From Armatimonadota bacterium (GTDB lineage Bacteria > Armatimonadota > Hebobacteria > CAIYQO01): 29,947 nucleotides of DNA. A program made the position numbers and the translations under genes. Below, in pieces: positions 17,767 through 27,407 of the stretch. Location of the stretch: positions 1 to 29,947 of the forward strand of contig JBBRXO010000021.1 of the NCBI GenBank assembly GCA_038248345.1. Reading direction: 5' to 3'. The notes under the pieces were generated by a model, which worked only from the letters and a program-made list of their open reading frames with translations, was not told the origin of the DNA and ran no database searches. The first letter of the stretch is position 1. Every line of letters begins with the position of its first letter.

Positions 17767-18743
17767 TTATCTGCGACGTATACCGCCCGGGTGATGTACA
17801 GTTAGCCCGGATAAATCAGGATGCTATCCCCGCCGCACTGGCTGATAGCGAGGCATTATTATGGGTGGAGCTCTCCGCTCCTGATGAGAGCGAGCTGAAA
17901 TGGCTGATGGAAACATTCTGCTTTCACCAGTTAGCGATTGAAGACGTACGCAACCCCCACCAGCGTCCAAAGCTTGATACCTACGGCAGTTATAATTTCT
18001 TCGTCATGCGGCGTATCGTACATCAGCCCAAGAGCCATCACGTCAAATCGGAGCAGGTGGATTGTTTCATTGGCGCAAATTACCTGGTGGTGGTGCACCA
18101 TCATGAATGCCCGGAATTGGATGCTGTGCGTACACGCTGGGAGAAATTGCCCGCACGCCGCCGCATGAACTCCTCTTTCCTTTTTTACCTGGTGGCCGAC
18201 GCCATTGTGGATGCCTATTTCCCCATTATCGACAATATCGGGGACGTCATCGACGAGCAGGATCGGCTGATCTTCAACAAGCCGGACAAGCGCTCTTTTG
18301 CCACCATCTTCACCTTGCGACGCAGCTTGTTGAGTGTGCGCCGAATCCTCGGCCCCATGCGTGATGCCTTCAATGAATACCTGCGCATAGACGAGAGTGA
18401 AGGCCCGGAGCCGGGCGAGGGCGTGCGACTGTATTTGAGCGACGTCTACGACCACGTGCTCCGCCTCACCGACTTCGTAGATACCTACCGCGATATGCTC
18501 TCCGGCTCGCTGGAGGCCTATCAGTCATCGCTCTCCAATAAATTGAATGAGAATATGCAGCGCCTGACGGTGGGGGCTACCCTACTTGCCACCACCACCG
18601 CCATCACCGGGTTCTACGGTATGAATCTGCATGGAATAGGCATAAATTCCTCCCTGGAATATGGTGGGGTATATGTCTTGCTGGTATTGCTTCTTATCAC
18701 TCTCTTTGAGTTGTGGGTATTCAAACGTATCGGCTGGCTGTAG
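17763..18743 (+). CDS. corA: Magnesium/cobalt transporter CorA family
   Basis: FHQLAIED..HQRPK, NENMQRLT, GFYGMN signature, two C-terminal TM helices. Confidence 0.93.
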   Translation: MIICDVYRPGDVQLARINQDAIPAALADSEALLWVELSAPDESELKWLMETFCFHQLAIEDVRNPHQRPKLDTYGSYNFFVMRRIVHQPKSHHVKSEQVDCFIGANYLVVVHHHECPELDAVRTRWEKLPARRRMNSSFLFYLVADAIVDAYFPIIDNIGDVIDEQDRLIFNKPDKRSFATIFTLRRSLLSVRRILGPMRDAFNEYLRIDESEGPEPGEGVRLYLSDVYDHVLRLTDFVDTYRDMLSGSLEAYQSSLSNKLNENMQRLTVGATLLATTTAITGFYGMNLHGIGINSSLEYGGVYVLLVLLLITLFELWVFKRIGWL

Positions 18744-18796
18744 ACCACGCAGGAGTTACCCAACCCGGTAGCGAAAAGAATGACGGGGGACAAATA

Positions 18797-19066
18797 ATGA
18801 AAGCCGTAATCACCGTTGTAGGCAAAGACCGCGTAGGCATCATAGCCGGGGTGAGCAATATGCTCGCCGCCAAAAACGTAAATATATTGGATATCAGCCA
18901 GACGATCCTGCGCGATTTCTTTACCATGATCATGCTGGTAGAGATGCCCGCCGAAAACCCCTCCATCCCCGCCCTCGCCGCCTCCTTGAACGAGCTGGGC
19001 ACCTCCCTGGGGGTAGAAGTACGCGTGCAGCACGAAGAGATATTCACGGCGATGCACCGGGTGTGA
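18797..19066 (+). CDS. ACT domain protein (UPF0237 type)
   Basis: MKAVITVVGKDRVGIIA..NILDISQTI..FFTMIM..QHEEIFTAMHRV. Confidence 0.92.
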   Translation: MKAVITVVGKDRVGIIAGVSNMLAAKNVNILDISQTILRDFFTMIMLVEMPAENPSIPALAASLNELGTSLGVEVRVQHEEIFTAMHRV

Positions 19067-19070
19067 GAAG

Positions 19071-20699
19071 ATGACAAACAATATGACGAACACATTATAC
19101 TATGGCGATAATCTGGATGTGCTGACGCGGCATATCAAGGATGAGACCGTCGATCTGATCTATCTCGATCCGCCATTTAACTCCAATGCGACCTATAACG
19201 TGCTCTTCAAAGAAGAAACGGGGGTGCAGGCTGCCGCACAAATTCTGGCATTCGATGACACCTGGCACTGGGATCAGACGGCAGCGTCAGCCTACAAAGA
19301 TGTTGTTGAAGCAGGTGGCCAGGCGTCGCGCGCCATGCAGGCATTTCATACACTGCTGGGCAACAATACCATGATGGCCTATCTGGCGATGATGGCACCA
19401 CGCTTGATAGAGATGCGCCGGGTGTTGAAACCTACCGGGAGTATATATTTGCACTGTGACCCAACCGCAAGCCACTATCTAAAATTACTGATGGACGGGA
19501 TTTTTGGTCCAGAATTCTATCGCAATGAAATTCTCTGGAAGCGAACCAGCAGCCATAACGATTCAAAGAAGTGGGCCAGTATTCACGATACCATCCTCTA
19601 CTATTCGAGAAACAACAATCCCACCTGGAATAGCGTCTTCACCGAGCATGATCCGAAGTACGTTGCAGACTTCTATCGGTATGAGGATGAACAGGGAGTA
19701 TACAGACTAGATCATATCATCAGGTCGTCATCCATGGGGCCACGGCCAAATTTGGCCTATGAATACAAAGGCTATACACCGCAATGGGGCTGGCGCGTCA
19801 ATAGGGAAAAACTGGAAGCCCTTGATAAGGATAATCGCATCCAGTGGAGCAAAACAGGTAGACCGTATCTGAAAAGATATCTGGAAGAACAGCAAGGTAC
19901 ACCGATCAATTCTATGATAACGGATATCCCGCCAATCGGAGCCAGAGCAGCAGAGCGCCTTGGTTACCCCACTCAGAAGCCGTTGGCGTTGCTGGAGCGG
20001 ATTATCAAAGCCTCATCAAATGAAGGTGATGTGGTGCTGGATCCCTTCTGCGGTTGTGGTACTGCCGTGGTCGCTGCACAGCGGCTCAATAGACGTTGGA
20101 TCGGCATTGATATTACCCATCTGGCTATTACGCTGATGAAACATCGACTGTGGGATACCTTCGGCAAGGAACTGAAGTTTGATATCATCGGTGAGCCGGT
20201 GAGCATGGAAGATGCCCAGCGGTTGGCCGCAGATGACCCGTATCAGTTCCAGTGGTGGGCATTAGGGCTAGTAGGCGCACGCCCAATAGAAACAAAAAAA
20301 GGCGCAGATAAAGGAATTGATGGCCGATTATGCTTCCACGATAACTCCTTCGAAAACACCAAAAATATAGTCATCTCAGTGAAGGCCGGGCATACCGGCG
20401 CGGCACATGTACGTGACCTGCGTGGAGTGCTGGAACGCGAGAAGGCGGAGATAGCAGTGCTTATCTCCATGCAGCAACCCACCAAACCCATGCGTGCCGA
20501 CGCTGCCGAAGCCGGTTTCTACGACTCCCCCTGGGGCACTCGCCACCCGCGTCTGCAACTCCTCACTATCGAAGAGTTACTTTCCGGTAAGGGGATAGAT
20601 TATCCATATCGACAAGGGAACGTCACCTTCAAACGGGCAACTAAAGACGAAAAATTGAAAGAGGATAGCGGGATGTTACTGGACGACGATGGTGAATAA
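19071..20699 (+). CDS. Beta-class N6/N4 DNA methyltransferase fused to a C-terminal Mrr-like PD-(D/E)xK domain
   Basis: LYYGDNL, YLDPPFNS, YPTQKP, LDPFCGCGT; C-terminal GADKGIDG...ISVKAG...VRDLRG. Confidence 0.88.
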   Translation: MTNNMTNTLYYGDNLDVLTRHIKDETVDLIYLDPPFNSNATYNVLFKEETGVQAAAQILAFDDTWHWDQTAASAYKDVVEAGGQASRAMQAFHTLLGNNTMMAYLAMMAPRLIEMRRVLKPTGSIYLHCDPTASHYLKLLMDGIFGPEFYRNEILWKRTSSHNDSKKWASIHDTILYYSRNNNPTWNSVFTEHDPKYVADFYRYEDEQGVYRLDHIIRSSSMGPRPNLAYEYKGYTPQWGWRVNREKLEALDKDNRIQWSKTGRPYLKRYLEEQQGTPINSMITDIPPIGARAAERLGYPTQKPLALLERIIKASSNEGDVVLDPFCGCGTAVVAAQRLNRRWIGIDITHLAITLMKHRLWDTFGKELKFDIIGEPVSMEDAQRLAADDPYQFQWWALGLVGARPIETKKGADKGIDGRLCFHDNSFENTKNIVISVKAGHTGAAHVRDLRGVLEREKAEIAVLISMQQPTKPMRADAAEAGFYDSPWGTRHPRLQLLTIEELLSGKGIDYPYRQGNVTFKRATKDEKLKEDSGMLLDDDGE

Positions 20700-20723
20700 G
20701 ATCATCCTTAATGCCCTTCCAAT

Positions 20724-22577
20724 TTAAGGAAGGGCAGGCAAAAACTGACTGTTATACACCACAATTATCGCGCCGCCGATGCGGTTTATCTCCGTCACCG
20801 GGTGATGTTGTTTCAGCAAGTCCACCCCTTTGGTGTCTGTCACGATCACCATGCGCCCGGCGTGGTCGATAACTTTTTGCATCTCTTCATCTAGTGAACC
20901 GTAGTCCTTTAGCGACGGGGCCAGCCAGGTAACATCCATCGGCGGCATGCCGGATTTATTGCTGTCTTTTTCCACCCGCTGTCGATAGAATTCAATCTTT
21001 CTCCCCGCGTTGAAGATCAGACTCTCCGGGTGACCATTATAGAAGCAGACCACACGGTCCGTGGCGGGCATGGTGCGCATATAACGCCCAACCTGTTGCA
21101 CATTCCCCCAGTTGCTCATGCTGTAGGTAACAGCTGTAATGAGGAAGCCACAGAAGAGCGGTACCCAGAGTAGCGACGCCCAAATAGCAACTTCGCTGTC
21201 GTTCCGGCGGAAAAAGTTGCGCCAGCATTGGTACAGCGCAGTGATACCGGACACCCCCACCACTATGGATACTAAAGCAGCAAAGATCGGATTGTACGGC
21301 AATGCGCCGAAGTCGGATCCCTTGTTTGCCACGAAGAAGAAGACTGCAGTTGGGCCAAGGGTGAAAATCAGCAGAAATAGCGATAATATGCCCAGCTCTA
21401 CCCCACGCCCCCAGGCAATACGCCCCTTGGAGATTGACTCATCCACCGTCCCGCGTCCGAGCATATGCAGGGCAAAGAGGATTGCCCCGCCAGCAGCAAT
21501 TGCCTGAATGTAAGAAGGCAATTGCGTTTTAGAGACCGAGAACAGCGCGATAATCGCCAGCACCCACACCCAGGCGAAGCGGCGCAAGCGGAGCAACACG
21601 GTGTCTGCAGGTAATGCTTTAGCGGTAGGAGCGATAATCTCTCGGGTCAGAAAAGCGCTGAAAGGGAAGAGCAGCAACAACGCAAAAGGAAGGTAGGTAA
21701 ATATGCGCAGGTATATCGGCCCGGCGCCATGCCCTTCTCGTGCGGCCCCGGCGAAGCGTCCCAAATTCTCGCGCAGCAGGAAAGTTTGCACAAAGCCGGG
21801 GCCGTCGAACTTCCAGGTCGCCACATACCACGGTACACCTATTGCCGCCACGATGAGCAAAGTGAGTAACCAGGGGACACGCCGTGCCTCCGCCAGTAGA
21901 TTGCGCTGGGAGATGTGATATACCAGCCAGATGAGCCCCGGAATGGCCAACCCTACTGGCCCTTTGGTGAGGATAGCCAATCCGGCGCCCAACCCTGCCA
22001 GCAGATACCAGCGGCGGCTGATACGCAGTCCCAGCTTAGGGTCAGTTGCCTCGTGCGCCTCCAGGTCAGCGGAGATGAGCGCGAGCACGGTGAGCGTGAT
22101 GAGGAAAGTGATGGGGATATCCATGGTGGCGGCGTGCGCCCACACGGCGATGAACGGCATGGCGGCCAACGCCAGCGCACCGAAGAACGCTGCTCCTGCG
22201 CGTTGCGCCCGTTCATTATCTTCCGTCGCCCGTGCTGGCAACCAGCGCCGCAAAAAGGCGAACAGGATCATTACTAATAGAAATGATAATAGCACCGACG
22301 GCAGCCGAATGGCGAAGGCGCTGATGCCAAAAAGCTTGCAGGAGCCTGCCTGTAGCCAGTAGGTCATGATCGGTTTTTCATAGAAAGGGGCATCGTTGAA
22401 GTGCGGAATAAGGTAATTCCCGGTGGTGACCATCTCACGTGAGGCCTCGGCATAGATCGCCTCATCCGCTTCGGTTATCGGCATTAGCCACAGCAAAGGC
22501 AAAAAAAGCGCCAGCGAAACCAGCGCTAGTAAACCATATTGCATCCGCGGAGCCAGGCGTCCCAGTCGTTTCAACAT
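20724..22577 (-). CDS. ArnT/PMT-family (GT39/GT83) membrane glycosyltransferase
   Basis: DEAIYAEASREM, FYEKP, AIRLPS, LTKGPVG, SKTQLPSYI; many TM segments. Confidence 0.9.
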   Translation of the reverse strand: MLKRLGRLAPRMQYGLLALVSLALFLPLLWLMPITEADEAIYAEASREMVTTGNYLIPHFNDAPFYEKPIMTYWLQAGSCKLFGISAFAIRLPSVLLSFLLVMILFAFLRRWLPARATEDNERAQRAGAAFFGALALAAMPFIAVWAHAATMDIPITFLITLTVLALISADLEAHEATDPKLGLRISRRWYLLAGLGAGLAILTKGPVGLAIPGLIWLVYHISQRNLLAEARRVPWLLTLLIVAAIGVPWYVATWKFDGPGFVQTFLLRENLGRFAGAAREGHGAGPIYLRIFTYLPFALLLLFPFSAFLTREIIAPTAKALPADTVLLRLRRFAWVWVLAIIALFSVSKTQLPSYIQAIAAGGAILFALHMLGRGTVDESISKGRIAWGRGVELGILSLFLLIFTLGPTAVFFFVANKGSDFGALPYNPIFAALVSIVVGVSGITALYQCWRNFFRRNDSEVAIWASLLWVPLFCGFLITAVTYSMSNWGNVQQVGRYMRTMPATDRVVCFYNGHPESLIFNAGRKIEFYRQRVEKDSNKSGMPPMDVTWLAPSLKDYGSLDEEMQKVIDHAGRMVIVTDTKGVDLLKQHHPVTEINRIGGAIIVVYNSQFLPALP

Positions 22578-22744
22578 CAATTCCCACCTTTACTACTTGA
22601 ATACGATATTTTAACACGTGCGGTGGGGTTATGACGAATTTATGTTTTTAACGTTCTTCCACGAAACTGTCCTGTTTTGCCAGCTACAATTTTCCCACCC
22701 CCAACCCGCTGATGTGAGGAGTTGAGGGTAGGTTTGTTCATTTT

Positions 22745-24526
22745 TTACACCGCCATCGTCCGGATAAACTCAAACAGCGCCTTTGCTGCCGTCTCCGGGC
22801 CTTCCTGCTCCAGCCCGGGGATGCCGAGGCGGGTGCGGAGCTGGCCTACCTTCACACCGGAGGCGAACATGGCCTGGAAGAACTTCTCCGCCAGTGGATC
22901 ATGCCGGCTTTTGAATTGCGCCGGGCCGAAGGGGTTGGCGAAGTAGGTGTGTACCAGTCCGCGCTCATCGGTGGTGCCCTTCGCCGCGCGGTAGCCCTCG
23001 CGGAAGACGTGTATTGCGTGGGTGGGATTATCAAAGAGCTGCACAAAACCGTGCTCCTCATCCACCTGCTCGTAGTTGTTCGCGTAGAGCACGATATCCA
23101 CCGGGTAACCAGCGATCACCTCGTCGTAGGTGGTGATGGGGATCACCAGGCGCGCGTTGGCACGGTGCGGGTTCATGATAATGCTGCGGTCCATCTGCCC
23201 GAAGGCGAAGCCCGGCTGCAGGTCATCCAGCCGCACGAACGCCCCCGTCTCGGTGCCGTAGGCGGCGATGCCGCCCTCCGGGGTGATGGCCAGCGCGCCC
23301 ATGTCATCGAAGATGATGCTCATATCACGCAGGTGGTCGTGCGCCAACATGCGGAAGGCCTCCAGCGACTCCGATTTACCCGCCCCACTATCACCGATGA
23401 TGACGATATTGGCGCGGCTGTGGTCCCGCAGCTCGATGCGACACATGGCCCCATGCACCGGTAGCCGCTCGCGCCGCATCATGATGACGTTGTGTAGCGT
23501 TAGCAGCATCTTTTTGAAGTAGCCGAAGTAATCGACATCCTCCGAGCGCCCGATCACTCCCAACAACAGATCGTTCTCGGCGTCCTCATAGAAAACGGTC
23601 TTGTTCTCGCCCAGGCTCTCGTCCGGTACGCCGAAGACCAGGATGCCGTCGGGCTTCTGTCGTGCTGCCGCGTGCCCCGCCACCTCGAAGAGGTTCACCA
23701 GGCTGCTGGCCAACGCTAAATACTCCTCATGGAAGAAAGTGTGGATCACCAGCGGCCCCACCATCAGCGGCAGGCAATACCAGTGCTCTTTATTCAGCTT
23801 CACCCCTGCTAGCGGATTGGTGGGCACCGGCTGGAAGCTGCCCTTGCGCGTGTTCTTGCGCGGATAGAAGGTGACCGGCAACTCTAGCTCCACCAGCCGC
23901 ACGAAGGGGATGCCCTGCAGTATCTCATACTCGCCCGCCGGGCAGGGCCACTTGATGTGATCCACCAACAGCCCCACACTGGCCCCCGCCGGCACCTGGT
24001 GGTACACCCGCGGCCACACGCCGCGCACATTGCTATCCACGTGCCGGTAGGCGTCAAGTACCAGGTTCTTCAGCGTATCATTCGCCTGCATGAAGGCCAG
24101 GTGCCCGTCCCGTGCGCGGTCACGTGAGTCATCGGCGTCGCTCTCATAGATGAGAAAACGCTCATAATCGCGCCAGAAGTCGTAGAGTTTGTCCACGAAA
24201 TTCCCAAGCGGCCTCCCCGTCTCCAGCAACGGCGCCAGATGCGGCACCAGCTGACCAATGCGCGCGGGAGAATGATCCACTAACAGCTTTAGCAGGTCCA
24301 CCACTGCCTTAGTTGCCGCCGATGGCTCCCGCCCCTCCGCCACCGGATCAAACCCCGCCACGGCCTCCAGCAGCGGCGAATCATGCTTCACCAGGTGATT
24401 AATGAACCGCTGCACCACCTGTGGCACCAGCGGGCTACGCATCACATCCGCCGCCGTGGCGCACGGCAACTCCGTCACCCGGATAATCGCCCGATTCCCA
24501 AAAGTATTAGCGCGTACCTCCGCCAT
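22745..24526 (-). CDS. Phosphoenolpyruvate carboxykinase-like P-loop protein (divergent ~590-aa family)
   Basis: DYFGYFKKMLLTLHN, LPVHGAM, GDSGAGKSE (P-loop), IFDDMG, GTETGAFVRLDD, FANPFGP; RBS GAGGGAGG before ATG 24526. Confidence 0.8.
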   Translation of the reverse strand: MAEVRANTFGNRAIIRVTELPCATAADVMRSPLVPQVVQRFINHLVKHDSPLLEAVAGFDPVAEGREPSAATKAVVDLLKLLVDHSPARIGQLVPHLAPLLETGRPLGNFVDKLYDFWRDYERFLIYESDADDSRDRARDGHLAFMQANDTLKNLVLDAYRHVDSNVRGVWPRVYHQVPAGASVGLLVDHIKWPCPAGEYEILQGIPFVRLVELELPVTFYPRKNTRKGSFQPVPTNPLAGVKLNKEHWYCLPLMVGPLVIHTFFHEEYLALASSLVNLFEVAGHAAARQKPDGILVFGVPDESLGENKTVFYEDAENDLLLGVIGRSEDVDYFGYFKKMLLTLHNVIMMRRERLPVHGAMCRIELRDHSRANIVIIGDSGAGKSESLEAFRMLAHDHLRDMSIIFDDMGALAITPEGGIAAYGTETGAFVRLDDLQPGFAFGQMDRSIIMNPHRANARLVIPITTYDEVIAGYPVDIVLYANNYEQVDEEHGFVQLFDNPTHAIHVFREGYRAAKGTTDERGLVHTYFANPFGPAQFKSRHDPLAEKFFQAMFASGVKVGQLRTRLGIPGLEQEGPETAAKALFEFIRTMAV

Positions 24527-24559
24527 AGTATCCTCCCTCAAACCCAACTAGACCAAAAC

Positions 24560-24597
24560 AAAAAAACCAGGCGCACCCCCACGTGGGATACTCCTGG
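24560..24597 (-). terminator. Intrinsic terminator in the 5' leader of the PEPCK-like gene
   Basis: Minus strand CCAGGAGTATCCC-ACGTGG-GGGTGCGCCTGG then TTTTTTT. Confidence 0.75.
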
Positions 24598-24654
24598 CCT
24601 GAAGTGCGACTGGCAAAAGCCCCCCGCCTTTCCTTCCACTTGTTTATTATGTTA

Positions 24655-24684
24655 ATGGTAACAGATGGAGGGCGGGGGCGTCAA
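24655..24684 (-). promoter_or_regulatory. Putative promoter upstream of the leader terminator
   Basis: Minus strand TTGACG, 18 bp, TG-T-TACCAT. Confidence 0.55.
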
Positions 24685-24728
24685 ATAGGTTTGCCCCGGA
24701 GCGTCCTTTTTTAGCGCCTGCCTGTTCC

Positions 24729-24857
24729 GCCCAGCCGTGAACGACTGGGCTAGGGGGCTGCGCCGATCGTCCTTCGGACGGGAACGCTTGCCCTTAACCT
24801 TCCCGCCCGGAGGGCGATCGGCCGTAGGCCCTCCAGCCTGGTCGTTCACGGCCAGGC
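24729..24857. repeat. REPIN-like four-hairpin inverted composite
   Basis: CCCAGCCGTGAACGACTGGG / CCTGGTCGTTCACGGCCAGG outer pair; CGTCCTTCGGACG / CGCCCGGAGGGCG inner pair. Confidence 0.75.
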
Positions 24858-24940
24858 CAGGACGGAGGTTCGTCACTTAAAACGATACTCCTGTGATTTT
24901 ACTGGATAACACCTGTCATCCCCAAAGCCGTACTATCCTC

Positions 24941-27325
24941 TCAATCCTCCGGCCGGCCTAACTCCACCATAGTTACACCGCCGCCACCCTCGTGACCATC
25001 ACCGGGGCGGTGGGATCGTACGGCGGGGTGGTTGCGCAGGATGTCTTGCACTACCGAGCGCAGTACGCCGGTGCCGAAGCCGTGGACGATACGCACTTTC
25101 ATTACCCCGGCATCAAAAGCAGCGAAGAGGTATTCTTCCAGCTTCTCCGCTGCTTCCTCGGCGCGCATTCCCAGCAGGTGCAGCTCGGGGGGGACATCGG
25201 GGACGGCGGTATTGGGCGGCGGCGGGATATCCGTTTTAATGGGCGTCACCGCTTCCAGTTGATTCACCGGGACGCGGACGCGCATGATACCTACCTGCAC
25301 CTCCACGGTATCCTCCCCTGCCCCATTGTCCAATGCAATGCCGCGGTGTCCGACACTGCGTACATAGACCGGCTGGCCGGAGATTACCTCGGTCAACGCG
25401 GGCTTATCTGGGGCGCTGGGGGCGGGGGGCGGTGCAGGTAGCTCCTCAACCTCGCCGGTGATCTCTTGCAACGCGGCGCGGGCACGTTTGCGCATCTCTG
25501 CCAGGTTTGGCACACTGGTGCCTTTCGCTTCGTGGATGGCGGCGCGTAGCTCCTCTAGTAGCGCGGCAGATTCCTTGCGGGCCTTCTCCAGCACCTCCTG
25601 TGCCTGTTTACGCGCTCGCAACAGCAACTCCTCACGCTTGGCGGCTAACTCCGCCTCTGCCACCCGCATTTTGGCGGCGATCTCCTCTGCCTCGCGCCGG
25701 GCAATGACAGCGCTCGAGCGTTCGCGATCCAGGGAGCGCCGTGCGCCTTCTGCCTGTTTCAGCACCTGATCCAGTGCTTGCGGAGCATCACCCATGAGCG
25801 TGCGTGCATGGGTGATAATATCTTTGGATAATCCTAAACGCCCAGCGATACTTAATGCATTGGAAGAGCCGGGCAGGCCAAAGAGTACGCGGTAGGTGGG
25901 GCGCAGCGTCTCCAGATTAAATTCCACACCGGCATTACTGAAGCCGGGCGTAGTCTGTGCGAAGGTTTTCAATTCGCCATAGTGCGTGGTAGCAATGGTG
26001 CGGCAGCCACGTCGCTGTAATTCCAGCAATATTGCTTTGGCAAGCGCCGCGCCCTCTGCCGGATCCGTCCCGGCACCTATTTCATCGAAGAGCACCAGGG
26101 ATTTACCCCCCGCCCCCCGCATGATATTTATGATATTCAGCAAGTGACCGGAGAAGGTAGAAAGGCTTTGTTCGATGGATTGTTCATCGCCGATATCGGC
26201 GAAAACTTGCGCGAATATCGGCAACTGCGACTCGGCTGCCGCCGGGATATGCAGGCCGCTTTGCGCCATCAACACCAGCAAGCCGACGGTCTTTAGGGCG
26301 ACAGTTTTTCCCCCGGTGTTCGGCCCGGTGATGAGCAACGTCTCGCCGGTATCTTCCCCACCCAGGCGCATACCAATCGGCACCGCTTTCTCGCCGAGTA
26401 ACGGATGCCGGGCATCATGCAAGTCGACCACGCCCTTATCGTTGAAGATAGGAGGATTAGCGTCAATGGCGCGCGCATATAGTGCACGGGCATAGATGAA
26501 ATCAAGGCGAGCGATCGTCTCGGTAGTATCAAGTAACACGGAGGCGGACTTGCCCACAATTGAGGAGAGGGCGCGCAAGACCTTTAGTGTCTCATCTTCT
26601 TCCGCCCGCTCCGCTTCGCGCAGGTCATTGCCCAGTTCCATCACTACCAACGGTTCCATGAAGGCCGTTTGCCCGGAGGCGGAAAGGTCATGTACTATGC
26701 CTTTGAAGGCGTTGCGGCTCTCTGCTTTCACCGGTAAGCAAAAGCGCCCGTTGCGCTGGGTAATGATAGGGTCCTGCAACATCTCCTGCGTATGCGGGGA
26801 GGTGAGCAAGCGCTGCAGCTCTCGTTGGATACCTTCATGGAGCGAGCGGACGCGGCGGCGGGCTTTCGCCAGCTCGGGGGAAGCGGAATCGAGCACCTCG
26901 GCATTGGCGCTGATAGCATGGGAGATCGCTAGCTCGATGGCGGAAAACTCCTGCAGCAGCTTCACCTGAGCCATTACTCCGGGATACCGGTCATTACCCG
27001 CACGCTGATGATAACGCTTCAATTTGCGAGAGCCAGCTGCAACGTCACTCACTCCCAGCAATTCCTGGGGCGAAAGGGTGCCCTCTTTGCCCGCACGGGT
27101 GATCGCCTCGCGCATATCGTGGATGCCGCCGAAGGGAGGCTCGTCATTCTCGGTAACAATTGCGCGCGCCTCGGTGGTCTCCGCCAGCCGGGAATTAACG
27201 ATAAGCAGATCGTGCGCAGGTTTCATTCGCTCTACTAATTCTTTCCCCAAGGTAGTAGCGGCGAATACCTGCAAACGGAGGCAAATCTTCTCATATTCCA
27301 ATATCTGTAGGGTCCGGTTATCCAT
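24941..27325 (-). CDS. mutS2: MutS2 endonuclease / ribosome collision factor
   Basis: GIVHDLSASGQT, ARHPL, ITGPNTGGKT, DIGDEQSIEQSLSTFS, DEIGAGTDP, KOW region, C-terminal Smr domain IVHGFGTGVLR. Confidence 0.97.
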   Translation of the reverse strand: MDNRTLQILEYEKICLRLQVFAATTLGKELVERMKPAHDLLIVNSRLAETTEARAIVTENDEPPFGGIHDMREAITRAGKEGTLSPQELLGVSDVAAGSRKLKRYHQRAGNDRYPGVMAQVKLLQEFSAIELAISHAISANAEVLDSASPELAKARRRVRSLHEGIQRELQRLLTSPHTQEMLQDPIITQRNGRFCLPVKAESRNAFKGIVHDLSASGQTAFMEPLVVMELGNDLREAERAEEDETLKVLRALSSIVGKSASVLLDTTETIARLDFIYARALYARAIDANPPIFNDKGVVDLHDARHPLLGEKAVPIGMRLGGEDTGETLLITGPNTGGKTVALKTVGLLVLMAQSGLHIPAAAESQLPIFAQVFADIGDEQSIEQSLSTFSGHLLNIINIMRGAGGKSLVLFDEIGAGTDPAEGAALAKAILLELQRRGCRTIATTHYGELKTFAQTTPGFSNAGVEFNLETLRPTYRVLFGLPGSSNALSIAGRLGLSKDIITHARTLMGDAPQALDQVLKQAEGARRSLDRERSSAVIARREAEEIAAKMRVAEAELAAKREELLLRARKQAQEVLEKARKESAALLEELRAAIHEAKGTSVPNLAEMRKRARAALQEITGEVEELPAPPPAPSAPDKPALTEVISGQPVYVRSVGHRGIALDNGAGEDTVEVQVGIMRVRVPVNQLEAVTPIKTDIPPPPNTAVPDVPPELHLLGMRAEEAAEKLEEYLFAAFDAGVMKVRIVHGFGTGVLRSVVQDILRNHPAVRSHRPGDGHEGGGGVTMVELGRPED

Positions 27326-27340
27326 TATCCTCTTTTATTA

Positions 27341-27379
27341 CAAACAGCAGAGCGGACGGGAAATATATCCCGTCCGCTC
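27341..27379 (-). terminator. Hairpin between the secretin gene and mutS2, probable terminator
   Basis: 12-bp perfect stem GAGCGGACGGGA/TCCCGTCCGCTC; weak T tail on the minus strand. Confidence 0.65.
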
Positions 27380-27407
27380 ATTATAACAAATCTCTCTTCA
27401 TTTGCGA

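Noticed and set aside
24595..24630. GCGACTGGCAAAAG resembling the start of a ZTP (pfl) riboswitch
   Set aside because: On the plus strand, opposite to the adjacent gene, and the downstream GCCTGGGC pseudoknot element is not properly placed
24652..24876. 74-aa ORF between mutS2 and the PEPCK-like gene
   Set aside because: Lies across the palindromic repeat and promoter; no RBS or coding character
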